Of a stretch of 37,965 nt of DNA, positions 18,482 through 28,243 are shown piece by piece; the stretch's first letter is position 1; each line of letters opens with the position of its first letter. The DNA comes from a bacterium (GTDB lineage: Bacteria > SZUA-182 > DTGQ01 > JAFGSM01): assembly GCA_049472355.1 (NCBI GenBank), contig JBLIRP010000031.1:1-37965 (forward strand), given 5' to 3'. The translations under genes were made by a program, and so were the position numbers. Under the pieces are notes generated by a model, which was not told the origin of the DNA, did no database searches, and saw nothing but the letters and a program-made list of their open reading frames with translations.

Positions 18482-19642
18482 CTATAATAGCGAGAGGATC
18501 TTTCCCACCAGCAATCCCCCGCCCGTACCCACCACGTATCCCATCATGGCCATCAGCACCCCGATGGGGACCAATGCCTCGCTATAGGCGGCCGCGAGTA
18601 TCGGGGCGGAGGCAACACCTCCTATGTTGGCAAGGCTGGCCACCCCGCAGGTGAAGAGATCGAGTTTGAAAAGCCTGGCTGCCAGCACCAGAAGGAGGGC
18701 GTGAATACCGATGATCAAAAACCCCGAGATGATATACAGCGGCGCCCTGGTCAATTCGGCGAAGTTTGCCCGTGATCCGATGATTCCCACCAGGATATAC
18801 AGGGCGACATTGGAAAGCTGCGCCGACCCGGGAATACCCGCAAAGGGGGTCATGGCGAACACAATACCGGCCGTGGTCACGATGATCACCGTCCATGCGG
18901 TGGCGGTGATGAAGGGGGTGGTGGGAAGCCTCCCTGCAAGGTTCATGGACACGGCGGAGACCAGCAAACCGGTCCCGATGAGCAGGATGAGATCGGGGAA
19001 TTCAATGCCCCGGCGACCCTTCTCCCCTGCTTCCCGCAGGTTCATCCCGATCCGGTCGATCAGGCCCGTATCCGATCCCGTCCATCTGTTGAACAGGGGG
19101 GCAAAGGGGACCAGCGCCAGGAGGAGCATCACCCATACGGCGTAATTGATCGAATCCATCAGGAGTGCATACCCCATCTTCGCACTGGGTACGCTCAGGG
19201 CCCCTTGAACGGCCACCATGTTGCCCGTCCCGCCTATCCAGCTCCCGGAGAGCGCTGCAAATGCCTTCCAGGTGTCCGGCTCGTACAGGGGTTTGAAAAG
19301 GGCGAACACCACGATAAAACCAATGACAATGCTCAGGGTGGCGGTGAGGAACCCCACCAGCATCCTGGGGCCCATCTTGATGATCTTCCTCAGGTCGCAC
19401 CGAAGCAGCATGAGAAAGATCATGAGAGGGAGAAGGTTCTTCTTGGTTATTGAGTAGTAGAATTCCACATCAGGGGTCATTTTCCACATCCCGAATGTGG
19501 AAAGAAGCATTGCACCGAGGTAGATCAGCACCACGGCAGGGAGATACTTGAAGAACCTGCCGTTGAATGCCTTTTCCGCCCATACCGCCATCCCGGCGAA
19601 AAAGACGATCACCGCCAGGTAGGTAAATCCGTTGGTAATCAT
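18482..19642 (-). CDS. DUF819 family multi-pass membrane protein
   Basis: About 10-12 hydrophobic segments, with the motifs GSWIGGTGNMVAV and ASLANIGGVASAP. Confidence 0.88.
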   Translation of the reverse strand: MITNGFTYLAVIVFFAGMAVWAEKAFNGRFFKYLPAVVLIYLGAMLLSTFGMWKMTPDVEFYYSITKKNLLPLMIFLMLLRCDLRKIIKMGPRMLVGFLTATLSIVIGFIVVFALFKPLYEPDTWKAFAALSGSWIGGTGNMVAVQGALSVPSAKMGYALLMDSINYAVWVMLLLALVPFAPLFNRWTGSDTGLIDRIGMNLREAGEKGRRGIEFPDLILLIGTGLLVSAVSMNLAGRLPTTPFITATAWTVIIVTTAGIVFAMTPFAGIPGSAQLSNVALYILVGIIGSRANFAELTRAPLYIISGFLIIGIHALLLVLAARLFKLDLFTCGVASLANIGGVASAPILAAAYSEALVPIGVLMAMMGYVVGTGGGLLVGKILSLL

Positions 19643-19766
19643 AGCACGCGCATTCCCCCTATAAGGCCGTTGGCATGAATCAGAATATAGTCGAACGGGA
19701 ATCCGATGTCAAAATTATGTCTTGATCCGAGGACGATCCCTCTTCATCAGTTCGAAAAATTGTTCC

Positions 19767-19802
19767 TTGACAATTATTGGCTATTTGGTTATACTTGCAA
19801 AT
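19767..19802 (+). promoter_or_regulatory. sigma70 promoter with overlapping ATTTGG-N8-GCAAAT operator-like box
   Basis: TTGACA-17-TATACT; the box lies at 19783-19802. Confidence 0.75.
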
Positions 19803-20167
19803 AGGAGATCGGATCGGGAGACATTAGAACTGCCAAGAAACCCGATCCGAGAATCTATCCGGCTTGACCGCAGAATGCCGTCGGTTTAGCTCCATATCCG
19901 TATCATAACCAGATGAGCTTTTATTTGATCTATAAGAAAAGAAGGGGATAAAAAAGAATTAAATATGGTTGTTAAAAATTATAAAATGCTTGTTAAAAGG
20001 GGACATTTTTAGGGCATCAAGAATACAGGGTTATATAGTGAAATGAAACGTCAGGTTGCTCTAACCAAGAAAAAATATTTATTAAAACTATTTGAAAAGT
20101 AAGCATATTAAAACATATATGAATTAATATTGTCAATGTGCTATAGGCGTTGATAGTGTAATAAATT

Positions 20168-20187
20168 ATTTGGCAATTTTACCAATA
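20168..20187. promoter_or_regulatory. Operator-like box ATTTGG-N8-CCAATA
   Basis: Matches the boxes at 19783, 33405 and 33844. Confidence 0.55.
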
Positions 20188-20635
20188 GTTCACTTATTCA
20201 TTGCCTATGCATTGAAACGGGATAACAGACCATTATTACATTTTCAGGAGAATATAAAAGACGATCTATACCGTGTCGCAATGAAATCAACCCCTTCCCC
20301 CACATTCGTGCATGTAAGTATTCTTCGCGCACAGTATAGATCGTCTTCCATCCACATTTCCCCAAATGGCCTGTAATCCTTTTTGGAGGTGAAAGAAGGC
20401 CATGGCAAAATAGGCACCTTTCTTGTGAATCAGGAATCGGTGCCTTTCCAAAGATGATTCTGAATTTCTGCTCCCCTTTTTTGCATTGTGAGAATCGAGA
20501 CGACGCAGGTATTTTTCAAGGTGTTTCAGAACGAATAACACTAAAAAATGCCTGGTTCAAACAAATATTTTGCTGTTTTTATTTACGACCTCCTTGATGG
20601 TCCATGGAGAAGATCTTTTGTACAAGGAGCTGGTT

Positions 20636-20773
20636 ATGAAGATCCAGATATTAGGCCTTGATTGCCCTAAATTAGAAAACCTGGCTGGAAATGTCGACCG
20701 GGCTGTAAAGGAATTGTGCCTGTCAGTCCGATGCCCATTTGTCGCCCATTTTTTGTCAGGGCGCCGTGAATGA
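20636..20773 (+). pseudogene. Truncated MTH895/ArsE-type thioredoxin-like (redox-active disulfide protein 2) gene
   Basis: AAGGAG RBS. MKIQILGLDCPKLENLAGNVDRAVKEL resembles the family start MKIxILGxGCxxC..L..NV..AV.EL. The second Cys and the C-terminal half are missing. Confidence 0.7.
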
Positions 20774-21407
20774 GATAACCGGGTATACGGAGGAGGAACT
20801 GACTGCAGGGAATCCGAGATTCTGGTGTTTTTGTGTCTTCTGAGTGTGCTTGTTGCCAATCCCGGAATGGGGATTTTAAAAAAAGGAAAAGATCATCAAT
20901 GATTTTCCTAAAAAAACTGGGATGAGAAAGGGATGTCGAAGGGCATGATGCATTATGATCTCTAATGTGGCGCTTACCTGATCAGGCATCCAAAAGGTAA
21001 GATGAAATCATCGAATACGCTCGGACCAAACTCGATTAATGTTTTATCGGCAGTGAACTGATGGTGCATGCAGGATAAGGCATTGCCTGAGGTCACGCCT
21101 GCAGCCGGCTGAAAAAGGATGAATTATTTATTGAATATTATACAAATGTTGCGCTCATACAATATGAAACGATATGTTGCATCCCTTGTTATTACTGCGG
21201 CGTATTTTTTGATTAAAATGTATATTTAATTTTTGAAAAACAGTTGACTAATTTTCGAAATAGCAAAATTATCATATTGTATGGCACTGAAAATGCTTTA
21301 ATACTTAGTAAGTAAAAAATATTATACACCTCAACAGTTCTTTGTTATATTTTTCTGCCGAATCTCACAGTCCCTTTTTTCCAGTCTAAATAAAAGGGGG
21401 GATAGAA

Positions 21408-21653
21408 ATGTTCGGGTTTATTGTGAGTTTAATATGTGCCATTTGTTTGAGTGTTTTATGTGTGTATGCCTCAAATATCAGGGTTATCATGCCACACCTG
21501 AGAAAAAGGCCGGTTGTTGGTCACCATGATGATTACAAAAGGCATAGGGGGGATAAGAAGATTGAACAATGCTACGAAACCCCCTGCCTGGGGGGTAATG
21601 CCGGATCATCGAAGGTGCATTCCTGGCCTATAGGCATGAGTGGTCATGCATAG
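21408..21653 (+). CDS. Hypothetical small protein with N-terminal hydrophobic segment
   Basis: A strong AAGGGGGGA RBS precedes the ATG, and there is a 22-aa hydrophobic, Cys-containing start. No family was recognised. Confidence 0.4.
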   Translation: MFGFIVSLICAICLSVLCVYASNIRVIMPHLRKRPVVGHHDDYKRHRGDKKIEQCYETPCLGGNAGSSKVHSWPIGMSGHA

Positions 21654-21927
21654 TCGTTGAACGATTTTAAGAGACATGCGGCGTTTGTATGATCAATGGA
21701 AGGGTGTTTGCAAAAATAATGGGGAGCATTCGGCGATCGACACATTGCTTCCAAAGGGATAAGGAACCGACGCAAGTCGTGGCGTTTTTATAAGAATCTT
21801 GATCAAGGTGGTATGATCAAGGTTTTCATGTCATCAGGATAACTACACCTCATTATCCCTATCATTTCAACAGTTCAAGTCTGATCGTCGAATGCTCGCC
21901 GTTACAAAAAATAAAGGACTTATTATT

Positions 21928-22260
21928 ATGACGGAAAAGGAAGTCATTCATCAGATGCTGGAGATCGAAAAAGAGGCCTGTCATCTGATTGAAGAGACAA
22001 AGGAAGAGGCGAACAGGTTGCTCATTGATGCCAGGGAAAAAGCGAGGACCCTGACCGAGAGAACCAAAAAGGCATTGTCCGGGGATCGCGAGACCATGAA
22101 GAAGCGGATGATGGATGAGTGTGAAAAAACGATTAACAGGATCAATGAGGAAAAAAAGACGGCCATAGGGGAGATAAAAAGGCAAGGTAGTGAAAGAATG
22201 AAAATGGCTGTCAATCGGATCGAGCAGTTTTTATTGGATGAGCTGTCAAGGGGGTTATGA
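21928..22260 (+). CDS. atpH: V/A-type ATPase peripheral stalk subunit H (G)
   Basis: Charged helical protein (IEKEA..LIEE.KEEA..L..DAREKA) with an ATGA overlap into subunit C. Confidence 0.75.
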   Translation: MTEKEVIHQMLEIEKEACHLIEETKEEANRLLIDAREKARTLTERTKKALSGDRETMKKRMMDECEKTINRINEEKKTAIGEIKRQGSERMKMAVNRIEQFLLDELSRGL

Positions 22261-23300
22261 TGCTTGCGTCGGCGGTTCGCTACTCGTACATAAACGCCAA
22301 GGTCCATTCCTTGAAGGGCCGCCTGCTTCAACAATCGGATTATAAAAACCTGATCCAGTCGCCGGGATTGGGCGGATTTGTGGAATGTCTGAAATCCACC
22401 CCCTACGGGAGCGGGTTACATGAATCCGATTGCTCCTATGACACATTGATAGGCGTATATTATGAAAATCTCTTTAACGATTATATAAAGATCATGGACA
22501 GTGTATCGGGTGAACGCAGGGCCCTCGTCTATCACCTGTATCAACGGTATGAACTGGAGAATGTAAAGGCGGCTTTGAGGTCCGTTTGCCACGGAAGGCC
22601 CAAAGAAGGCGTATCAAGGCTTCTTTTTACATTGCCGGGATATCGGACCGTTTCAGCGGATACGCTCCTTGAGTCCAAGGACCTTGCCGATCTCATTCAA
22701 CGGTTAAAGGGCACATGGTACCATGATCCCCTGGATCATGCAGCCTACCGTTTTGAACAGGAAGGGGGGACATTTCCCTTGGAGATGGCCCTGGATCTTC
22801 GATATTACGGGCGGTTATGGGAGATCGCCTCCTCTCTGAAGGGAAGGGATAAGGGGATTGCGCAGTCGCTTATCGGGGTACAATTGGATGCATTGAATAT
22901 CGTCTGGATGATCCGTTTTAAGGAGAGCTATCTTTTTTTTCCCGAGGAGATCCTCAACTATGGCTTGAGCAACGGCCATTGTATCAATTCAAGAAAGAGA
23001 AAAAAAATGGCATTTTCCATTGACCGGGATGACATTATCGATAATCTGGAGCATACACCCTATAAGGTGATCTTGAACGGCATCAATGATCCTGAGGCGG
23101 CCTACACGGTTTTGTTGCAGTACCTGCTGCGCCGGGCCCAGAGGAATTGGACAGGCAAACCGTTTCAGATCGGTGTCATCCTCGATTATATCATTTTTAA
23201 AGAGATGGAGGTCAGGACCCTTATAACCATCACCGAGGCAAAGCGGATGGGATCCTCAACGGAAGGGTTCAACCGGTATCTGGTCCATGCAGGGGACTAA
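22257..23300 (+). CDS. atpC: V/A-type ATPase subunit C (AC39/d family)
   Basis: YSYINAKVHSLKGRLL, YELENVK, LEMALDLRYY, D..NI.W..R and KE.EV..L motifs, plus operon context. Confidence 0.9.
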   Translation: MMLASAVRYSYINAKVHSLKGRLLQQSDYKNLIQSPGLGGFVECLKSTPYGSGLHESDCSYDTLIGVYYENLFNDYIKIMDSVSGERRALVYHLYQRYELENVKAALRSVCHGRPKEGVSRLLFTLPGYRTVSADTLLESKDLADLIQRLKGTWYHDPLDHAAYRFEQEGGTFPLEMALDLRYYGRLWEIASSLKGRDKGIAQSLIGVQLDALNIVWMIRFKESYLFFPEEILNYGLSNGHCINSRKRKKMAFSIDRDDIIDNLEHTPYKVILNGINDPEAAYTVLLQYLLRRAQRNWTGKPFQIGVILDYIIFKEMEVRTLITITEAKRMGSSTEGFNRYLVHAGD

Positions 23301-23408
23301 CCTAAGAGAATGAATATAAGCGTTTCTTTTAATATATGAGTTTTTTTAAAGATATTGACCGGTAATCAATCACAACGGACGATCATTGAAGGTTAGGAGT
23401 GTTGATAT

Positions 23409-25397
23409 ATGTTACGACCCACACAGATGACAAAAATCGATGTGCAGATTCCCGAGGAATACATATCCAAGGCGACAATGGTCATCGCCCAGCAAAAGAG
23501 CATGCACCTGGTGAACGTGCGCAAAATCCCCCTGGGGCAAAACGATATCGGGGTGAATCAGGAAAACCTCTTTGTCACCAAATACAGGCAACTGAATACC
23601 CGTCTCCGGAATATCTATAAATCCCTTGGGATTGCCCCGGAAATACCCTGCTGTCCGATGATCAAGGATTTCGATCCCTTCCGGGATATCGTAATTCTTG
23701 AGAGGGAGATGGAGGAAAAGGAGGCGAATGTCAATGAGATCATGGGCACAATCGGTGTGAAACAGGAGTCGAAGAGGGAAAAACAGGAATTGTTGCGGCT
23801 TTTGGAGATGATTTTCAGCCTGGGGATCGATTTGAGCCAGTTCCACGACTGCAAGTTTCTCTACCTTGCAGTGGGATTGATCCCGGTGGAAAACATCGAA
23901 CGGCTGGAGTTCAGCCTGTCGAGCATCTATCACATCCTGCTCCCTTCGACCCCGCTTGGGAAAAGGCGCCTCTGTTTTGTGCTGGCATCAAAGAAGGATG
24001 AGGAAAAACTCGAAAAGGCGTTTAACAGCGCCTACTTCAAGAAACTGGAGCTTTCCTTGATAAAGGAGGGGTTGGATGAGTCGAGGCTTCAGGACCTGAG
24101 CAGACAGATACGCGACCTCAAGATCGATATACACCTTGCAGAGGACTACCTTGAGAAGCTGAAGAAACGGATGGCAAAGGATCTCGAGGAGATGCATCAA
24201 AGGATCCATCTTGCCCTGATCATCCTGGATGCGGCAAGTTCATTCGATAAGGTGGGCAATCATTACCACATAGCCGGATGGGTCCCGCAGGATATCATCC
24301 CCGATCTGGAAAAGGAGATTAAAAAGGCATGTCCTTCAAAAGAGGTCAAGGTCTCGGCCTCCTCTTCCGATGAGGATGAGAAGGGGAAAAAGAAAAACTT
24401 CATCAAGATCCCGACCTGCCTGAAGAATCCCTTTTTCATAAAGCCATTTGAAAAATTGGTGTTCGGATACGACATACCTGATTATCACGAGGTCGAACCC
24501 ACCCTTTTCTTCGCACTTGGTTTTCTCCTCATGTTCGGCGTCATGTTCGGGGATGTGGGCCATGGCCTCGTGCTGTTTCTTGTGGGGCTTTATGTCTCCA
24601 GAAGGATAAAAAGGGCGGCCATGGTTCAGACAGGGCTTATTGCCATGGAATGCGGGGTCATGTCGATCATCTTCGGCTTTTTGTACGGCTCCATCTTTGG
24701 CTTCGAGCACGTCCTGCCGGCCCTATGGTTTCATCCCATGGAAAACATCTACTACTTCATGAAGGTCACCGTGGGATTCGGAATCGGCATCATCAGTCTC
24801 GGGCTCCTGCTGAATATCATCAATTCGATCAACAACAGGGATTTCCTGAAGGGGATCTTCGGGGAGCTCGGCGTCATGGGCCTCCTGTTTTATTGGGGAT
24901 GCGTGGGATTGCTCATCATGTATATGGTGAAAGGGAGGCTGCTTGCAGAGAATGTCTATCTCGTGTGGCTGCTTTTTGTTCCGCTTGGAATCATCTTTTT
25001 TAAGGAGCCGCTCAATAATCTGTACGGCCGTCTGGTGTTAAAGAAGAAGGTGAGGATATTCCCCTCCAACATAGGCATGTATTTCCTGGAGTCCTTCATC
25101 GAAATCGGGGACACGGTCATCGGTTTTCTCTCGAACACCGTTTCCTTTATCCGGGTGTCGGCCTTTGCCCTTGCCCATGCCGGGCTGTTTCTGGCGGTTT
25201 TCGCCCTGGCCCAGACCATGCAAGGTCTGAAAGGGGGCATCCTCTGGTATTGGGTGGTCGTCCTTTTGGGGAATATCGGGATAATCGTCATTGAGGGTCT
25301 CGTGGTCTCCATACAGACGATACGGCTGGAGTACTACGAGTTTTTCAGCAAGTTTTTCAAGGGCGGCGGGGAGCTGTATCAGCCGCTGAAGAGTTGA
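23409..25397 (+). CDS. atpI: V/A-type ATPase subunit I (a)
   Basis: Soluble N-terminal domain, then GWVP, FGVMFGDVGHG, SNTVSFIRVSAFALAH and IQTIRLEYYEFFSKFF. Confidence 0.96.
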   Translation: MLRPTQMTKIDVQIPEEYISKATMVIAQQKSMHLVNVRKIPLGQNDIGVNQENLFVTKYRQLNTRLRNIYKSLGIAPEIPCCPMIKDFDPFRDIVILEREMEEKEANVNEIMGTIGVKQESKREKQELLRLLEMIFSLGIDLSQFHDCKFLYLAVGLIPVENIERLEFSLSSIYHILLPSTPLGKRRLCFVLASKKDEEKLEKAFNSAYFKKLELSLIKEGLDESRLQDLSRQIRDLKIDIHLAEDYLEKLKKRMAKDLEEMHQRIHLALIILDAASSFDKVGNHYHIAGWVPQDIIPDLEKEIKKACPSKEVKVSASSSDEDEKGKKKNFIKIPTCLKNPFFIKPFEKLVFGYDIPDYHEVEPTLFFALGFLLMFGVMFGDVGHGLVLFLVGLYVSRRIKRAAMVQTGLIAMECGVMSIIFGFLYGSIFGFEHVLPALWFHPMENIYYFMKVTVGFGIGIISLGLLLNIINSINNRDFLKGIFGELGVMGLLFYWGCVGLLIMYMVKGRLLAENVYLVWLLFVPLGIIFFKEPLNNLYGRLVLKKKVRIFPSNIGMYFLESFIEIGDTVIGFLSNTVSFIRVSAFALAHAGLFLAVFALAQTMQGLKGGILWYWVVVLLGNIGIIVIEGLVVSIQTIRLEYYEFFSKFFKGGGELYQPLKS

Positions 25398-25533
25398 AGG
25401 TTAAAGAGCTGCTGAAGAGTTACAGGTTAAGAGTTGATGAAGGGTTTAAGGTTAAAGAGCTGTTGAAGAATCACAGGTTAAGAGCTGCTGACAGGTTGAA
25501 GGTTAAGAGATGCTGAAGAATTACAGGTTAAAG
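25385..25533 (+). repeat. Tandem array of six 25-26 bp units (consensus GCTGAAGAGTT[GA/AC]AGGTTAA(A)GAGCT)
   Basis: Six adjacent units, each containing AGGTTAA, with no spacers. The array starts inside the last codons of subunit I. Confidence 0.9.
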
Positions 25534-25563
25534 AAAGATTGTTGTTATCGATAAGTAGTTTAA

Positions 25564-25938
<375 letters not shown>

Positions 25939-26012
25939 CAGAGGGATATCAGAAATCTCAAACCGGACCGCTTACATCGTGAATCGGCCGGTTTTGAAAG
26001 GGGGGATGAGAG

Positions 26013-27242
26013 ATGTTTCGAGGGAAACATGTATTGTCCATATTTTTATCCATTGCCGTTGCAGCAGTAATGGGCATTTTCCCCGCCCACGGCGTTGCTG
26101 AATCGATGCCGGGGCAGGCGCCGCCGGATCCCCCATCCGCCGGGGAATTGTTGATCGTGTCCGAGGTCGAGCCTGATGCGGAGGGGCTTGTCAAGGTGGG
26201 AACCTGCAGGACTTCGGGGTTTGCATGGGGTATTGCCGTACAGGACACCTATGCATATATAGCGGACGGTCCTGCCGGCCTTGTGATCATCGATGTATCC
26301 GATCCCGAGAATCCCGCACGTGCCGGAACCTGCCGGACACCGGGATATGCATGGGGGGTTGCGGTCAGGGATCATTTTGCCTATCTGGCGAATGGCGCTT
26401 ACGGTCTCCAGGTGATCGATATCGCCGACCCGAAGAACCCGAGAATCGTGGGAGGGTGCGACACACCCGGTTATGCGCGAGGTATTGCATTACACGGGGA
26501 TTATGCGTACGTAGCCGACGGCTCCCGTGGACTCCGGATCATCGATGTGTCCGACCCGGAAAACCCCGGAGGTGTCGGCTCCCACAGGATTCAGGGCAAT
26601 TGCAGGGGAATAGTGGTTGCGGGAGACTTCGCATGCATAACCTCCTATTTGCCTGAGACGGGGAGCGGCCTCAGGGTCGTGGACATCAGCCGGCCTGATG
26701 AGCCCAGGGAGCTTGGACATTGTGCGACGCCAGGGTTTGCCTATGCCCTTGCCGTGCAGGGCAACCACGCCTATGTGGTTGACTGGGGAAGCGGCCTCAA
26801 GGTCATGGATATTTCCGACCCGGCTCATCCGATCATGGAGGGCGGCTATGACATATCCTGGTTTGCCCGCGGGCTTGCCATAGCCGGGGACTATGCCTAT
26901 ATCGTTGACGGCCATGATGGCATACGGGTCATGAATATCAAGACGCCGGCGGACATCCTGCATATCGGCGATTATGATACCCCGGGGTATGCGCTGGGTA
27001 TCGGCATAAGCGGACGTTACCTGTATGTGGCGGACGGAAATGCCGGCCTGCAGATATTTCGCCTTCCTTCCCCGGATGAAGCCGGGGCCGCGTGGTCATA
27101 TAATGAATCGACCGGTCATCATGCATTGACGATGGCCGCAATCGCAAAGGCCCCGGAGCAGGGTGAACCCCTTTCGAATGAATTGATTGCAGGAAAGGAT
27201 ATTAAAAGGGAAGGTGCAATCGGAACGAGGTTCATCGTATGA
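26013..27242 (+). CDS. Exported LVIVD-repeat beta-propeller protein
   Basis: Signal peptide, then seven ~41-aa repeats (TPG.A.G.AV.G.YAYVADG..GL.IIDVSDP.NP). It has its own GGGGG RBS, and its stop overlaps the subunit F start (ATGA). Confidence 0.9.
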   Translation: MFRGKHVLSIFLSIAVAAVMGIFPAHGVAESMPGQAPPDPPSAGELLIVSEVEPDAEGLVKVGTCRTSGFAWGIAVQDTYAYIADGPAGLVIIDVSDPENPARAGTCRTPGYAWGVAVRDHFAYLANGAYGLQVIDIADPKNPRIVGGCDTPGYARGIALHGDYAYVADGSRGLRIIDVSDPENPGGVGSHRIQGNCRGIVVAGDFACITSYLPETGSGLRVVDISRPDEPRELGHCATPGFAYALAVQGNHAYVVDWGSGLKVMDISDPAHPIMEGGYDISWFARGLAIAGDYAYIVDGHDGIRVMNIKTPADILHIGDYDTPGYALGIGISGRYLYVADGNAGLQIFRLPSPDEAGAAWSYNESTGHHALTMAAIAKAPEQGEPLSNELIAGKDIKREGAIGTRFIV

Positions 27243-27544
27243 GATTTTACACGATAGGTGACAAGGATACCGTGGCCGGTTTCTCTTTGGTCGGGATCGA
27301 AGGGTGTGTGGCGCATTCCCGTTCGGACGCATTGAGGGCCCTCAAACAGGCCCTGAATACGAAGGATATCGGCATCATCCTCATTACCGAGAAGCTGGCC
27401 GAAGAGATCCGGCCCGCCATTGATGAGTTACTCTCACAAAGGAAGTGTACCTTGATTCTCCGGATACCCGATATGAACGGCGCCCTTGACTGCGGAAGGA
27501 ACATTGAGGAGTTCGTGCTCTCCGCTGTGGGTGTCAAGGTGTAG
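27239..27544 (+). CDS. atpF: V/A-type ATPase subunit F
   Basis: IGDKDTVAGFSLVGI, DIGIILITE and IPD motifs. Confidence 0.95.
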   Translation: MRFYTIGDKDTVAGFSLVGIEGCVAHSRSDALRALKQALNTKDIGIILITEKLAEEIRPAIDELLSQRKCTLILRIPDMNGALDCGRNIEEFVLSAVGVKV

Positions 27545-27580
27545 GTGGCCGTATCCGTTGATATGAATACAGGGGGCATT

Positions 27581-28243
27581 ATGCAGAACAATATCGAGAT
27601 ACTGTCGAGGGTCATCATGGACGACGCCTCTCACGAGGCCAGGTCCATCATTGACAAGGCCCGGATGGAATCCGAATCCATAACGGAAGAGGGCGTTCGC
27701 AAGGCCGGGGGGTTGAAGAGGGCGGCCATGAAGGGCAAGGTGCAGATAGACCTCTCGTGCAATAAGGCAAAGGCGGTCTCATTGGCCGAGTTCCAGGCAA
27801 GGAGCGAGATCCTGGGCTGCAAGGAGGGGATTTTGAGCGAGGTCCTTCGGCAGGTTCAGAAGATATTTTTTTCCCTGCCGGATCGCGAGGATTACCCCGA
27901 GATTGTGAAGGGATTGATTATGCAGGCAATAGGATATTTAAGGGATGACGGCGATGCATTCGTCTGCAGGGTCAATGAACGGGATCGGTCCTTGCTCTCC
28001 CCTCAGGTTCTTGAAGACCTGGGGAAAAGGTGCGGCAGGACGCTTTCATTGGATACGACCGCGGCGGACATCGTGGGGGGCGTCATGCTGTATCGCACCG
28101 ATTTCAGGGTCCTGTACGACAACTCCCTTGAGGCAATATTCGAGAGAAACCGACGGCAGATGCGGCGCATGGCTGCCGAGTGCATCTTTGAAAACGGAAA
28201 ACAGGGCAGTGAAGAGAAGGTGAATGATTATGCCCAGGAATGA
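27581..28243 (+). CDS. atpE: V/A-type ATPase subunit E
   Basis: Helical N-terminus and C-terminal GGV...YDNSLE. AGGGGG precedes ATG 27581 (ORF open from 27545). Confidence 0.88.
   Translation: MQNNIEILSRVIMDDASHEARSIIDKARMESESITEEGVRKAGGLKRAAMKGKVQIDLSCNKAKAVSLAEFQARSEILGCKEGILSEVLRQVQKIFFSLPDREDYPEIVKGLIMQAIGYLRDDGDAFVCRVNERDRSLLSPQVLEDLGKRCGRTLSLDTTAADIVGGVMLYRTDFRVLYDNSLEAIFERNRRQMRRMAAECIFENGKQGSEEKVNDYAQE

Noticed and set aside
21245..21280. TTGACT-led AT-rich stretch as a sixth operator box
   Set aside because: It may be a promoter, but it lacks both TTGG and CCAA half-sites at the right spacing.
21740..21790. GACGCAAGTC hairpin as a c-di-GMP riboswitch
   Set aside because: The GGCAAAC/GAAA P1 elements and the P2 architecture were not found.
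25385..25533. Possible CRISPR array
   Set aside because: Units are contiguous with no unique spacers, and there are no cas genes in the window.
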